Below, piece after piece: positions 36,799 to 46,952 of a stretch of DNA of 64,000 bases. Both the position numbers and the translations under genes were made by a program. A model generated the notes under the pieces. That model had not been told where the DNA came from, searched no databases, and saw nothing but the letters and a program-made list of their open reading frames with translations. The stretch lies in contig DJVT01000003.1 in assembly GCA_002441305.1 (NCBI GenBank), forward strand, positions 39,226-103,225. Reading direction: 5' to 3'. How positions within the stretch are numbered: position 1 is the first letter of the stretch; every line of letters starts with the position of its first letter. This DNA comes from Candidatus Omnitrophica bacterium UBA6249. Its GTDB lineage: Bacteria > Omnitrophota > Gorgyraeia > Gygaellales > Profunditerraquicolaceae.

Positions 36799-37230
36799 CT
36801 AAAGCCCCTGGATCTCCTTCTTGCCCAATACGCGGATGCCGTTCTCTTTCAACATGGTAATCGCCTGGTCGGGGTCATCGAAACGAAAAACCACGATGGC
36901 GTTATCTGCGGTCTTTTCCACAAAGGCGTACATATACTCCAGGTTGATCTGGTTGTCGCTGAGCACTTTGAGGATCGCCGCCAGGCCTCCCGGCCTGTCG
37001 CTTACCTCGGCCGCCACGATATCGGTTATCGATGCGACAAAACCTTTTTCTTTAAGCGCATCCAGGGCAGTATCGGGCTTATCCACGACTATCCTTAAAA
37101 CCCCGAACTCTTCGCTTTCGGCGATGGTAAGGGCCTTTATATCTATACCGGCGTCCCCGAGTACCTGCGCCGCCTCGTAAAGCCTGCCTTTCTTATTCTC
37201 CAGGAAAACTGAAAGCTGGGTAATCTTCAT
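36799..37230 (-). CDS. tandem ACT-domain protein
   Basis: 143 aa. Two ACT-like repeats (QLSVFLENKKGRL... and AEVSDRPGGLAAI...) of the kind commonly found next to phenylacetate-CoA ligase genes. Confidence 0.8.
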   Translation of the reverse strand: MKITQLSVFLENKKGRLYEAAQVLGDAGIDIKALTIAESEEFGVLRIVVDKPDTALDALKEKGFVASITDIVAAEVSDRPGGLAAILKVLSDNQINLEYMYAFVEKTADNAIVVFRFDDPDQAITMLKENGIRVLGKKEIQGL

Positions 37231-37241
37231 CTGCCCTCTCC

Positions 37242-38543
37242 TTATAAAGACCTCTTGTCTATGATCCGCTTGGCCTTCCCCTCGCTTCTCTCTATCGTTT
37301 TCGGTTCGACCAGCCTGACTTTAACCCCTATGCCCAGCACCGACTCGATCTCCCTGGATATGCGCTGTTCGAAATTCTGCAGGTACTTGATCTCATCCGA
37401 AAAAAACGACTCCTTCAACTCTACAAGCACCTCGAGGGTATCCAGGCCGCCCTTCCCCCTCTCTACCACCAGCTGGTAATGCGGTTCCGTTCCCTCAACC
37501 GCCAGGAGCACCTCCTCTATCTGCGAGGGGAACACATTGATCCCGCGTACGATGATCATATCATCCGTCCTGCCCAGTATCTTGCTGATGCGCGGGGATG
37601 TGCGCCCGCAGGCGCAGGGAGTATAATCTATGTTCACGATATCCCGGGTGCGGTACCTGATCAAGGGCATCCCCGTTTTTGTAAGCGGGGTAAGCACCAG
37701 CTCCCCCGGGCATGAAGCGGGGACCTGTTTTAATGTCTTGGGGTCGATTACTTCAGGGTAAAAAACATCGGCGGCTATATGCAGCCCTTTCTTGCAATGG
37801 CACTCGCAAGCCACCCCCGGCCCGATTATCTCCGATAAACCGTAAATATCGATCGCGCTCATCCCCCACTGTTGTTCTATCTCCTTGCGCATCGCTTCGC
37901 TCCACGGCTCGGCACCGAAGATCCCGATCTTCCATCCGAGTTCTTGCGCCGGAAATCCCGTCTCCCTGGCGACCTCGGCCATATACAAAGCATAGGACGG
38001 CGTGCAGGCCAGCACGCGAGGCTTAAAATCCTGCAGAATCCTTAACTGGCGTTTTGTCTGGCCGGAGGAGCACGGTATTACCGTAAGGCCCAGCTTCAAA
38101 CTTCCGTAATGCAGCCCCAGCCCTCCCGTAAACAACCCGTAACCGTAAGCGACCTGGATCATGTCTCCCGGCAAGGCCCCGGCGCAACAGAGAGAACGCG
38201 CAATTACCTCTGACCAAAGATCGATATCCTCCTGCGAATACCCCACGACAATGGGGTTCCCGGTCGTGCCGCTGGTTACATGCAGCTCCCGGATGTCCCG
38301 CAGCGGACGGGCAAAAAGATCGAAAGGATAATGCTCCCTCAAATCATCCTTTACCGTAAAAGGAAGTTTGACGATATCCTCGATCGAACGGATATCGCCG
38401 CAAGAAACACCCATCCCGTTCAGTTTACCGCGGTAAAAAGGAGACTGCTCCCATACCGTCTTTACGGTACGTTTCAGGCGTTCGCTTTGTACATCCGCCA
38501 GGGAGGATACATCCATGCATTCGGCTTTTTCGTTAAAGATCAT
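37242..38543 (-). CDS. paaK: phenylacetate-CoA ligase family adenylating enzyme
   Basis: AMP-binding core HVTSGTTGNPIVVGY and a PaaK-like size of 433 aa. Confidence 0.85.
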   Translation of the reverse strand: MIFNEKAECMDVSSLADVQSERLKRTVKTVWEQSPFYRGKLNGMGVSCGDIRSIEDIVKLPFTVKDDLREHYPFDLFARPLRDIRELHVTSGTTGNPIVVGYSQEDIDLWSEVIARSLCCAGALPGDMIQVAYGYGLFTGGLGLHYGSLKLGLTVIPCSSGQTKRQLRILQDFKPRVLACTPSYALYMAEVARETGFPAQELGWKIGIFGAEPWSEAMRKEIEQQWGMSAIDIYGLSEIIGPGVACECHCKKGLHIAADVFYPEVIDPKTLKQVPASCPGELVLTPLTKTGMPLIRYRTRDIVNIDYTPCACGRTSPRISKILGRTDDMIIVRGINVFPSQIEEVLLAVEGTEPHYQLVVERGKGGLDTLEVLVELKESFFSDEIKYLQNFEQRISREIESVLGIGVKVRLVEPKTIERSEGKAKRIIDKRSL

Positions 38544-39043
38544 TTCTCTGCGCCTTCCTTGCGCCCAAGCAGGAAAAAATCCCTGTTTTCCTGACCGCTT
38601 TTCTTCAGCTTGCTCTCCAATACCCCAAGCCAGCTCTTTTCTTTAATCGGCAGAAAAGAAGACAACACGCCAAGCATATAAGTATTCAGGAATATCTTGT
38701 TTTTCCCCACCGCGTAATGCGCTTTCTCCAGGTAAGGAAAAAGGTCCGTCCCGCCGGGCCTCAGCTCATCTTTCAGGCGCGGGTACTCCTGCGCGTACAG
38801 GCAGACCATCAAGTCTATGTCCTTGTCCATGGGAAGCGGGGATTGTACTTTCCTGCCAAAACGCACATAGGACTCTACCGAGCCGCCGCGCTGGGCCATC
38901 CCTTTCACTTCGGATTTCTTCACATGGTAACCGTCGGCCATCGCGGCAAGGGCGCAAAGCTCGGCTGCGGTAAGCACCCCCTGGCCTCCCACGCCGTAAA
39001 ACAATATGTTCAAAGGCTCTTTTTCCGGGTCTTTTCTCTTCAC
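38540..39043 (-). CDS. iorB: indolepyruvate:ferredoxin oxidoreductase beta subunit
   Basis: NILFYGVGGQGVLTAAEL N-terminus, small size, directly after iorA with overlapping stop and start. Confidence 0.85.
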   Translation of the reverse strand: MKRKDPEKEPLNILFYGVGGQGVLTAAELCALAAMADGYHVKKSEVKGMAQRGGSVESYVRFGRKVQSPLPMDKDIDLMVCLYAQEYPRLKDELRPGGTDLFPYLEKAHYAVGKNKIFLNTYMLGVLSSFLPIKEKSWLGVLESKLKKSGQENRDFFLLGRKEGAEK

Positions 39044-40779
39044 TGTTTGCGCCTTTCGCGGATCGCTTCGAATTTACACACATTCTTGCACAGGCCGCAG
39101 CCCGTACACAGGAGTTCGTTGATCTTGAAACAAAAATCCTCCTCGTAAATCGCCGGGCAGTCCAAAGCCAGGCACTGGCGGCATTTCTTGCACTTTTCCG
39201 GGTCGATATACAACAACGGCCCCTTGGAGCGGTCAATCATCTTGCAGGGATAACGCGAGATGATCACGGACAGCGCATCCTGCTGCATACGCAGCTTGAC
39301 CAGATCCTCCATCTTCTCGATATCGTAAGGATTAACCACGTCCACGGAATCCGCTCCCGCGGCAACGCAGATCTTTTCAAGGGACAGCTTCTTGAAAGAC
39401 TTGCCCTGCAGGGTCAGGCCGGTGGCAGGATTCTGCTGTCCTCCCGTCATGGCGGTAATCGAGTTATCCATGATTATGATCAGGCCTTTTGTCCCGTTAT
39501 AGGCGGCGCTCACCAGGCCGCTGATGCCTGTGTGTATAAAAGTCGAATCCCCGATCACCGCAGCCACCTTCTCGCCTTTGCGCATCTTGCTGATCCCTTC
39601 GAAAAACGGGATGCTCGAGCCCATGCAAGTCTGCGTATGCAGGGCGGCCAGCGGCTGGAGCGCGCCCAGGGTATAACATCCGATATCCCCGGTAACATAA
39701 AGGCCCAGTTTTTTCAATACGTAAAAGGCCGGGCGGTGCGGGCATCCCGGGCAAAGCAGCGGGCGGCGCGATTTCCTGGACTGCGGGCTGCGTTCCTTGC
39801 GCGAGACGATCTCTTTGACCGCAGAAGGGCTCAGCTCGCCGCAACGCCATGAAGACTTCCTGCCGCATGCGTCGATACCTTCCTGCTTGAGCATCTCTTC
39901 CAGGAAAGGGTCAAGCTCCTCGATCACATACAGCTTCCTGACCTTGCGCCTGAACTCCTTTACCTTTTTTACCGGAAAAGGAAAAGGCATCCCGAGAGTC
40001 AGGAAAGACGCCTGCGGATAAGCCTCTTTGGCATACAGCGCAGATACGCCGCTGGAGATAAAACCTATGGAACGGTCATTGATCTGGGCAAGGTTCAGGT
40101 CGCTCTGCTCGGAAAAGTCCTTCAGGGCCAAAATGCGTTTTTCCAGGTCCACGTGCCTGGGCCGGGCGTGAGCGGGTATCATTACGTATTTCCTGGGGTT
40201 CTTATCGAGCTTTTTATCGACGCAGCTGCGCCTGAAATCTATCTCGAAAGATTCCTTGGTATGCGAAACCCTGGTGGTCAGGCGCAGCAAAACAGGGATG
40301 TCGAACTGCTCGCTGATCTTGAAGGCCTCCTGCACGTAATAATACGCCTGCGCGGGGGAAGACGGTTCGATTAAAGGGATCTTGGCGTAAGGGGCGACGC
40401 GGCGGGTATCCTGTTCGTTCTGCGAAGAGAACATCCCCGGGTCATCCGCGACTATCGCCACGAAACCCGCATTCACCCCGCTGTAGGCGGTGGTCATCAG
40501 GGGGTCCATGGCTACATTCAACCCTACCTGTTTGCAGGCGGCCAGGGCGCGCCTTCCGGCGATACAGGCGCCAAAAGCCGCTTCATACGCCACCTTCTCG
40601 TTAACCGCCCACTGCGCTTCTATTTCGGGAAACGTGCCGAGCGTCTCAAGTATTTCAGTGGAAGGAGTCCCCGGGTAGGCGGAGGCAAAACATACGCCGG
40701 CGGCCATTGCGCCGCGGGCTACCGCCTCGTTACCTGACAAAAATACCTTTTCTCTGCCCAAGATACCCTCCGGATACAA
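39040..40779 (-). CDS. iorA: indolepyruvate:ferredoxin oxidoreductase alpha subunit
   Basis: TPP-binding GDSTFIHTG and two C-terminal ferredoxin-type Cys clusters (CKKCRQCLALDCP, CTGCGLCKNVC). The start codon is TTG. Confidence 0.9.
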   Translation of the reverse strand: MYPEGILGREKVFLSGNEAVARGAMAAGVCFASAYPGTPSTEILETLGTFPEIEAQWAVNEKVAYEAAFGACIAGRRALAACKQVGLNVAMDPLMTTAYSGVNAGFVAIVADDPGMFSSQNEQDTRRVAPYAKIPLIEPSSPAQAYYYVQEAFKISEQFDIPVLLRLTTRVSHTKESFEIDFRRSCVDKKLDKNPRKYVMIPAHARPRHVDLEKRILALKDFSEQSDLNLAQINDRSIGFISSGVSALYAKEAYPQASFLTLGMPFPFPVKKVKEFRRKVRKLYVIEELDPFLEEMLKQEGIDACGRKSSWRCGELSPSAVKEIVSRKERSPQSRKSRRPLLCPGCPHRPAFYVLKKLGLYVTGDIGCYTLGALQPLAALHTQTCMGSSIPFFEGISKMRKGEKVAAVIGDSTFIHTGISGLVSAAYNGTKGLIIIMDNSITAMTGGQQNPATGLTLQGKSFKKLSLEKICVAAGADSVDVVNPYDIEKMEDLVKLRMQQDALSVIISRYPCKMIDRSKGPLLYIDPEKCKKCRQCLALDCPAIYEEDFCFKINELLCTGCGLCKNVCKFEAIRERRKQ

Positions 40780-40850
40780 TTTATCCTAAAAATATATTTT
40801 ACATCTCTTGCCGGGTTTTTACAACCAAAGAATCGGAAACGGGGAAAAAC

Positions 40851-42983
40851 TTAGACGATCGCGTTTTCCTGGCGCGATTCCCTGAGGAAGATAACTGAAG
40901 TGTTTGCCTTGTCGGATATATCTCTCATAAAAGAAGAACCCTGTTCTTCGGGTATCCCGAAGATATTGATGTCCGCGGCCGGGGCGTCCTGGATACTCTG
41001 CATAAAATCGCCTGAAAATACCATAGTCTCCGTCTCCCTGTCCAGCCTCATCAGCTTTTTCAGCCTCACAAGGTAAGCCAGGGCCTCGGATTTCTCTTTT
41101 TCTCCCCCGATGACCTGGATAAGGCGCAGCCGCCCGTCCCAATTCCTGGCCAGCTGCAAACCGATAAGCACCGCCAAGTGCATATTGGGGCTGCCTTTTC
41201 TTATCCATAAGTTGATCACCTGCCTCTGGCCGAAAGCCAGTTTCGGATGCAGCCTGAATACGATGATCCCCAGCCCGAGGGATTCGGCCCGCCGGATAAA
41301 TTCCTCTATCTGCATATCTTTATCGCTGTTCACGCCGAGCCTGACGAACAGGACATTCGGCGGCAGGGGCATCCCCATCAAAGTCTGGGCTACGGTTGTC
41401 GCGCCCTGGAGGAACCCGCTCGCCTCGGCGGAAAAAGCGGAGACAAAAACCCCTTCTTCCTTCAGCGGCTCGACCAAAGACACGAGCTCCTCGGAAACCT
41501 TTTGCCTGCGCTCCCCTCCCACGCTCCCCGGGCTGTTATCGAAAATGTTGAAAAATATACCCCTCCCCCGCGGATAAATTATAGCCCTTACGAAATCCAC
41601 CATCCCGTACCAGTCGCGCGGGTCCTCCACGGGGACCAGCAGATTAGGTTTCCATATCTTGGGGTGATAAGGAAGCTGGGAGGATATCCTCGCCGCCTGT
41701 TCGGCGATAAATATGAACAGCCCCTTACGGATATCCGGGGAATTATGCTGCATATGCCTGCGTACGAGAATTATGTAGATCAATACCGTAACGGCCACGA
41801 CGACCACGCTGGAGAATTGGTTAATCAGGAACATCGCGTACAAACACCCCGCCCCTCCTACCAGGGATATTAACGCAGGGATCTTGAGCGTGGGACGGAA
41901 ACTCGCAATACCGGTTATCCTCTCCACGAACACAGTGAGGTTGATCGTTCCGTAAGTGATCAGGAAAAACATGGTCAATACGCCCGCTATCAGGTTCAGG
42001 GTACCCAATGAAATAGTAAGCAGGGCAAACAAAGCCGTAAGCAGGATCGCCGGGGTAGGCTCGCCCTGTTTATTCAGGTAATTGAAAGCCGGGGAAAAAG
42101 GAACCACCCTGTTCTTGCTTAAGGCCAGGAGGGTCCTGGGAGAGGCGACGAACATGCTCAAAGCCGAAGAAAGAGTCGCCCCCATTATCCCGGCTATGAC
42201 CAAAAGCGGCCAGCGGGAGAGCTTTATTATTATGGAGGTATCGCTGGCCAATTCAGAGGGCGGGGCGGCGAAGGAAAACCAGTAAGCCAGAGAAAGGTAG
42301 ATAACAAAACTCACCACGATAGCCAGGAGCGTACCTACGGGAATACTGCGTTCAGGCTCCTTCAACTCCCCCGACATACTCACTCCCGCCAGTATCCCGG
42401 TTACCGCGGGAAAAAACACCGCAAACACCTTCCAGAATTCGATCTCTCCGGTTCCGTGCCAGAAGGCAACGGCCTGGCCCGCCTTGACGGGGCTTAAAAA
42501 TATGGAAAGGAGGGAAAACGCTATAATCCCCATGATCACGTACTGGATACGGAAGGCGAATTTGGCGCTGATATAAGAGATAACCAGCAATAACAACCAG
42601 GTAGCTGAGGAAACCAGAATAAAATCATGGTGCGGAAAGATCGACACCCAGCATTCGGTAAAACCGGTAATATAAAAAGCTATGGATATCGCCTGGCACA
42701 AGTACAAGGGAATGCCGATCGCTCCCCCCGCCTCCAGGCCGAGGGATTTGGAGATTATGGAATAAGCGCCTCCCGTCCCTATCCTGATATTGGTGGTGAT
42801 GCTCGAGATGGAAAGCCCGGTGCAGAGGGTGATCACGTTGCTGATGATAATAATGCTGAGCGCGCCCGCCAGGCCGACCTGCCCCACCATCCAGCCCATA
42901 CGCAGGTACATCACCACGCCCAGTATGCTCAAAAGCGTGGGAGTAAATACCCCTTCGAATGTCCCGAACCTCTTCATCTCCAT
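40851..42983 (-). CDS. APC-superfamily transporter with large C-terminal cytoplasmic domain (cation-chloride cotransporter/SLC12-like)
   Basis: 710 aa: ~12 TM of amino-acid-permease type followed by a ~280-aa soluble tail. Confidence 0.7.
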   Translation of the reverse strand: MEMKRFGTFEGVFTPTLLSILGVVMYLRMGWMVGQVGLAGALSIIIISNVITLCTGLSISSITTNIRIGTGGAYSIISKSLGLEAGGAIGIPLYLCQAISIAFYITGFTECWVSIFPHHDFILVSSATWLLLLVISYISAKFAFRIQYVIMGIIAFSLLSIFLSPVKAGQAVAFWHGTGEIEFWKVFAVFFPAVTGILAGVSMSGELKEPERSIPVGTLLAIVVSFVIYLSLAYWFSFAAPPSELASDTSIIIKLSRWPLLVIAGIMGATLSSALSMFVASPRTLLALSKNRVVPFSPAFNYLNKQGEPTPAILLTALFALLTISLGTLNLIAGVLTMFFLITYGTINLTVFVERITGIASFRPTLKIPALISLVGGAGCLYAMFLINQFSSVVVVAVTVLIYIILVRRHMQHNSPDIRKGLFIFIAEQAARISSQLPYHPKIWKPNLLVPVEDPRDWYGMVDFVRAIIYPRGRGIFFNIFDNSPGSVGGERRQKVSEELVSLVEPLKEEGVFVSAFSAEASGFLQGATTVAQTLMGMPLPPNVLFVRLGVNSDKDMQIEEFIRRAESLGLGIIVFRLHPKLAFGQRQVINLWIRKGSPNMHLAVLIGLQLARNWDGRLRLIQVIGGEKEKSEALAYLVRLKKLMRLDRETETMVFSGDFMQSIQDAPAADINIFGIPEEQGSSFMRDISDKANTSVIFLRESRQENAIV

Positions 42984-43004
42984 AATTTGCCTTAAAAAAT
43001 ACGC

Positions 43005-43931
43005 TTATTCCCCGGAGCTCTCGACCTGCTCCCTGAACAATTCCTTTATCTTCCTGGTCAAAGCGTCCCATTCCTGTTCGCTCAATATCTCGCGCGCCAG
43101 CTTCTTGTCTTCGAGGATCTCCGTGCCCCCGTTGATACTGCGCAGGGCAAAAAGATACCTGCCGGCGTAGTTATGCTTCTTGTTCAGAGTTAACGCCAGG
43201 ACAAAATGCTTCATGGCGGAATTGCCGTACATGCTCTCTACGGTAAAACCGACAAGATAATCCTTCCTGATAAACAAGGGGATCGCCGAACTGAACTGTT
43301 GGGTGATATTATTGTCTTTCTTTTCCAGAAAATCGAGGTTGTCCATCTCCTCCAAAAAGAAATAATCCTCGAAATCCTCTATCGGGCCGTACTTATGAAA
43401 AGACGGGTCTATGATATACTCCTTCCTGGGATAAGACTTTTTGCTTACGCGCAGGACCACGTGCGATGCCTTGGGAGTGAGGAAATAACCGGATTGGCTT
43501 GCCATCACGAACTTTATCTCGTAATCATCCTTGAAAATCGGCTCGATCTTCTCATGCGTGTAGGCCGCCAGCTCGCCGCAGGTCCCGTATTTGCCTTCCT
43601 GCAGGATAAAATCCCCGTTGTCATCGAAGGAATGTATGTTATGCAATGTCCATATCCCTTTTGCAAAATCCAAAGTCAAATACACGTCCTCTGCCGTAAA
43701 CATCTGGAACCCCGAATACTGAAGCGGCTTGATTATCTTGTTCACTTCGGCAAAATAAGGAGGCTTGACGGAAACGGTGTCCTTTTCCTCCTTGAAGATC
43801 ACTCCTTGTTCCTTCATGTAAAAAACAACAGATACGGCAATTACCATGCAGGCCAGCAGCAGGAGAGAAAAAAGAACCTTTACCTTTCTTAATAAGATAT
43901 GGTTTTCCTTCCTCAACATGTCGGCATTCAT
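43005..43931 (-). CDS. membrane-anchored hypothetical protein with transglutaminase-like Cys-His-Asp arrangement
   Basis: N-terminal TM (LFSLLLLACMVIAVSVVF). Ordered YGTCGELAAY, ASHVVLRV and YIIDPSF resemble the C/H/D triad of transglutaminase-like cysteine peptidases. Confidence 0.4.
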   Translation of the reverse strand: MNADMLRKENHILLRKVKVLFSLLLLACMVIAVSVVFYMKEQGVIFKEEKDTVSVKPPYFAEVNKIIKPLQYSGFQMFTAEDVYLTLDFAKGIWTLHNIHSFDDNGDFILQEGKYGTCGELAAYTHEKIEPIFKDDYEIKFVMASQSGYFLTPKASHVVLRVSKKSYPRKEYIIDPSFHKYGPIEDFEDYFFLEEMDNLDFLEKKDNNITQQFSSAIPLFIRKDYLVGFTVESMYGNSAMKHFVLALTLNKKHNYAGRYLFALRSINGGTEILEDKKLAREILSEQEWDALTRKIKELFREQVESSGE

Positions 43932-44000
43932 CTTACCCTCCGGTTAACAATATATGCCCGTAAAAAATACAGATAATTATATGCATGATACCGCTCTATA

Positions 44001-45377
44001 TCAAGCAGATTTTGCGCCCGGCCTGGAGCCTTTGGCAACTATGCCGATTATCCTCCCCGACCAGATAACCCCTATCGCCGCGGAAAACACGTCGGTTACC
44101 AGCCTGCCCCAGAATACCCCGCGAAGGCCGAACAGCCTGGAGCCCAAATACGCCAGGGGAATCATCATGACCACTACGCGGATAGTATTGAGCAGGGCCG
44201 AAGACGCCGGCCGGTGTACCCCGATCATGCAAAAACCCGCGTAACGGTGCACCTCCAGGAATCCGTACCCGAAACAGGTGATATAAATATACTGCACCAA
44301 TATATCGATAACTCCGGGGTCGGAAGAAAACAGCCTGCCCAGAGGCCGGGAGATAAATATAAATATGCCGGCTGCGACAAAACCGAAACACAAGGCAAAA
44401 AGCATCGTCCCTTTGCGCACCGACTCGATGCGGTCAAAACGGCCCGCCCCGTAATTCTGGGCGATAAACGGGACCAGCGACATGCCTACGGTCATGGGGA
44501 CCATAAAGGCGAATGTTTCTATCCTGCTGGCCACCCCTATGGCGGCAACCGCCTCATGGCCGAACCCGGAGACTATCTTGATCACCACGGCGGCGGAGAG
44601 CGGGGTGAGCACGGAACTCAGCGTAGCGGGGATACCGATACGCAGTATCCTGCGCCAGGAGGATATTATCCTCATGCGCGAATGCGAAACGAACAGGATC
44701 AGGCCGTACTTCTTGTGCACGAAATAGAACGCCGCGCCCAAAACAAGCGTCTGGGAGATCACCGTTGCCAGAGCCGCCCCCTGTATCCCCATGCGGGGAA
44801 ACCCCAGCAGGCCGAATATCATTACCGGGTCAAGGATAAAATTCAATACTGTGCCGCCGACCATCAAAGAACTTACCGCCTTGGTGTTCCCCGTACCGAT
44901 GATTATATCGTTGAACATTATCTCCAGGATCCATATGGCCAGGCCGAAATACCAGATCATCATATACTGGCGGGTAAGCGTAAGCACCTCTCCCGTAGCA
45001 CCCAGGCGGACAAACAACGGATCCACCGTCAACATCCCGATCACGGTAAGCACGATCGAGATGCTGGTGGAGAGAAAAACCGCGTGCGTGGTTATGCGTG
45101 CGGCGGTCTTCTGCTTGCTCCTGCCCAAGGCATGCGCCACCACGGTCATCACCCCGGTGCCCAGGCCGCGCATGACAAAACCAAGAAGCATGACCACCGG
45201 AAAGGTAAAGGACATCGCCGCCAGGGCATTGGTGCCCAGACGCGACACAAACCAAGTATCGGTAAGGTTATAGGCATTCAGGGCGAAAGTCCCGGCAAGC
45301 ATGGGGACTGCCATGCGCAGCACTGTCTTTAGGACACCGTCTCTTACCAGAACAGGTTTTATCATCCGTTTATCCAT
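44001..45377 (-). CDS. MATE-family efflux transporter
   Basis: 458 aa with 12 TM and the duplicated MatE pattern (LAVPMLAGTFALNAYNLTDTWFVSRLG). Confidence 0.9.
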   Translation of the reverse strand: MDKRMIKPVLVRDGVLKTVLRMAVPMLAGTFALNAYNLTDTWFVSRLGTNALAAMSFTFPVVMLLGFVMRGLGTGVMTVVAHALGRSKQKTAARITTHAVFLSTSISIVLTVIGMLTVDPLFVRLGATGEVLTLTRQYMMIWYFGLAIWILEIMFNDIIIGTGNTKAVSSLMVGGTVLNFILDPVMIFGLLGFPRMGIQGAALATVISQTLVLGAAFYFVHKKYGLILFVSHSRMRIISSWRRILRIGIPATLSSVLTPLSAAVVIKIVSGFGHEAVAAIGVASRIETFAFMVPMTVGMSLVPFIAQNYGAGRFDRIESVRKGTMLFALCFGFVAAGIFIFISRPLGRLFSSDPGVIDILVQYIYITCFGYGFLEVHRYAGFCMIGVHRPASSALLNTIRVVVMMIPLAYLGSRLFGLRGVFWGRLVTDVFSAAIGVIWSGRIIGIVAKGSRPGAKSA

Positions 45378-45391
45378 AGGAAAATCCGTAC

Positions 45392-45431
45392 ATAAAAAAT
45401 AAACCTTCGTCCTTCACCGGGAACGAAGGTT
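45392..45431 (-). terminator. rho-independent terminator
   Basis: On the minus strand, AACCTTCGT-12 nt-ACGAAGGTT (45402-45431) is followed by TTTATTTTTTAT. Confidence 0.65.
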
Positions 45432-45451
45432 AAATATTTATAAGACAGGCC

Positions 45452-45958
45452 TCAATCTATAAGCACTATCCCGTAATAATTACCCCTGCAGTTGCTGTCC
45501 TTGAGCACTTTTATCGGATAACCGTTATTCCTTACCGTGGAATACACATCTATGCCGCAGGCCTCCAGGGAAGGCCTGGTCTTGTCCGTATGACGGCAGA
45601 ACTTGGCGCATTTGGCGCAGAGCTGGCACGGTCCGGCACCCATCCCGAATGCCTTGTGGTAACCGTCGAGGAATATCTCCTGTTCCAATACGGGGATAAT
45701 CTCATGGATATTCGCGTATGCCCCTCCGTGCACGAGAAGGGCGTTTTTATAAAACGAAAGCATGCGGCGGGTAAAATCCGGGGTGGGGGAATACGGCGGG
45801 CAGGTCAGCGACTGGCCGTACCCGTCACAGCCGAACTGGCACTTCATCCTCACCCATTCCGCGACGACTATCGACTTGGCCGGGATAATCCCGGCCTCTT
45901 TTGCGCCGAGCTCTTTGGCCCGCTTTATGTATTTCAAACGGTTCTTCATAACTGTCAT
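45452..45958 (-). CDS. Cys-rich predicted metal-binding protein (DUF2284-like)
   Basis: MKCQFGCDGYGQSLTCPPYSP plus CQLCAKCAKFC. Confidence 0.55.
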   Translation of the reverse strand: MTVMKNRLKYIKRAKELGAKEAGIIPAKSIVVAEWVRMKCQFGCDGYGQSLTCPPYSPTPDFTRRMLSFYKNALLVHGGAYANIHEIIPVLEQEIFLDGYHKAFGMGAGPCQLCAKCAKFCRHTDKTRPSLEACGIDVYSTVRNNGYPIKVLKDSNCRGNYYGIVLID

Positions 45959-46011
45959 TATAACACTTTAAGATGCGAATACAATCAAAGCCGCCGCGGA
46001 AGACAGCCGGG

Positions 46012-46941
46012 TCAAATATACACAGACCGGAAATATCCGCTCATCCTGAGATGATTGTATATCTCGTCGGCCATAACCGCATACCCCTTATCGTTAGGAT
46101 GCGAATAGGAAAACTCACCGGAAAAATATTCATCCAGGCTTTTCTCGCCGCTTTCCCTAAGCAGCCTCCTGTTGTTGTAAACCATCGCCACGCCCTTATT
46201 CCGGGCTATCTCCTCGAGGCTGGCATCCAGCATGAAACCTTTAGGATACTGGGAAAAAGCTGTCTCGATACCCCGGGAGCGCGCCAGGTCGACAAAATCA
46301 TTTATGTTCCGCTCGTATACTACGCGCACGATATCCAGGTACCTCTCCCCCATCCTGCTCCTGGCCTCCGGGTCGTCCGGATTGGCAATGCCCATCCGCG
46401 CGTCAAAACGCACATTTCTCATCGGCCCTTTATTTACGAAACAGACGGTCAGGAGTTTTACCACCTTCAGGCGGGCCAGGGCAATATAACACTTCGTGAT
46501 AAAAGGATTGAGCTTGTAGTATAAGAATATATCCCTGTTGTCGGAAACATTCCACCAGTCATTCATCCCGGTCATCAGGATAACCAGGTTCGGGTGCGGA
46601 TAAGCCGAAGAATCCAGGATATACTTGAAATAATCCAGGGTCTGCTTGGAGTTGGACCCCGGTACCCCGAAATTGACCACTCTGATCTTTTTGTCCGGGT
46701 AACGCGTTTTGAAGATACCCTGCAGTTTCTCCGGATAGCCTTCGCCGTTCTCCCCTCCTATGCCATAGGTAAAAGAGTCGCCGAAACAATAAATAAGGAA
46801 ACTGTCTTTATCGATACTCTTGGCTGAGGCAAGTTTTTTGTCGCGGAAACTCCCGGCCACCCTCAAGCAGACTTCGATAATACCAAGAGAGACGATAATA
46901 GCGCACAGACTAATAACAACCCCAATAATTACCCTCTTCAT
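46012..46941 (-). CDS. SGNH/GDSL-family hydrolase, membrane-anchored
   Basis: N-terminal TM, block I FGDSFTYG, and a later GMNDWW (block III-like). Confidence 0.75.
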   Translation of the reverse strand: MKRVIIGVVISLCAIIVSLGIIEVCLRVAGSFRDKKLASAKSIDKDSFLIYCFGDSFTYGIGGENGEGYPEKLQGIFKTRYPDKKIRVVNFGVPGSNSKQTLDYFKYILDSSAYPHPNLVILMTGMNDWWNVSDNRDIFLYYKLNPFITKCYIALARLKVVKLLTVCFVNKGPMRNVRFDARMGIANPDDPEARSRMGERYLDIVRVVYERNINDFVDLARSRGIETAFSQYPKGFMLDASLEEIARNKGVAMVYNNRRLLRESGEKSLDEYFSGEFSYSHPNDKGYAVMADEIYNHLRMSGYFRSVYI

Positions 46942-46952
46942 CCCCCTCCCCT

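Noticed and set aside
38766-39236. Alternative-frame minus-strand ORFs inside real genes, for example 38766-39236, 24941-25315, 39497-39868, 44830-45255 and 48276-48596.
   Set aside because: They overlap strongly supported CDSs (iorA/iorB, the ack paralogue, MATE, clpB) in another frame. Arg/Pro/Gly-rich translations are characteristic of off-frame reading of G+C-rich genes.
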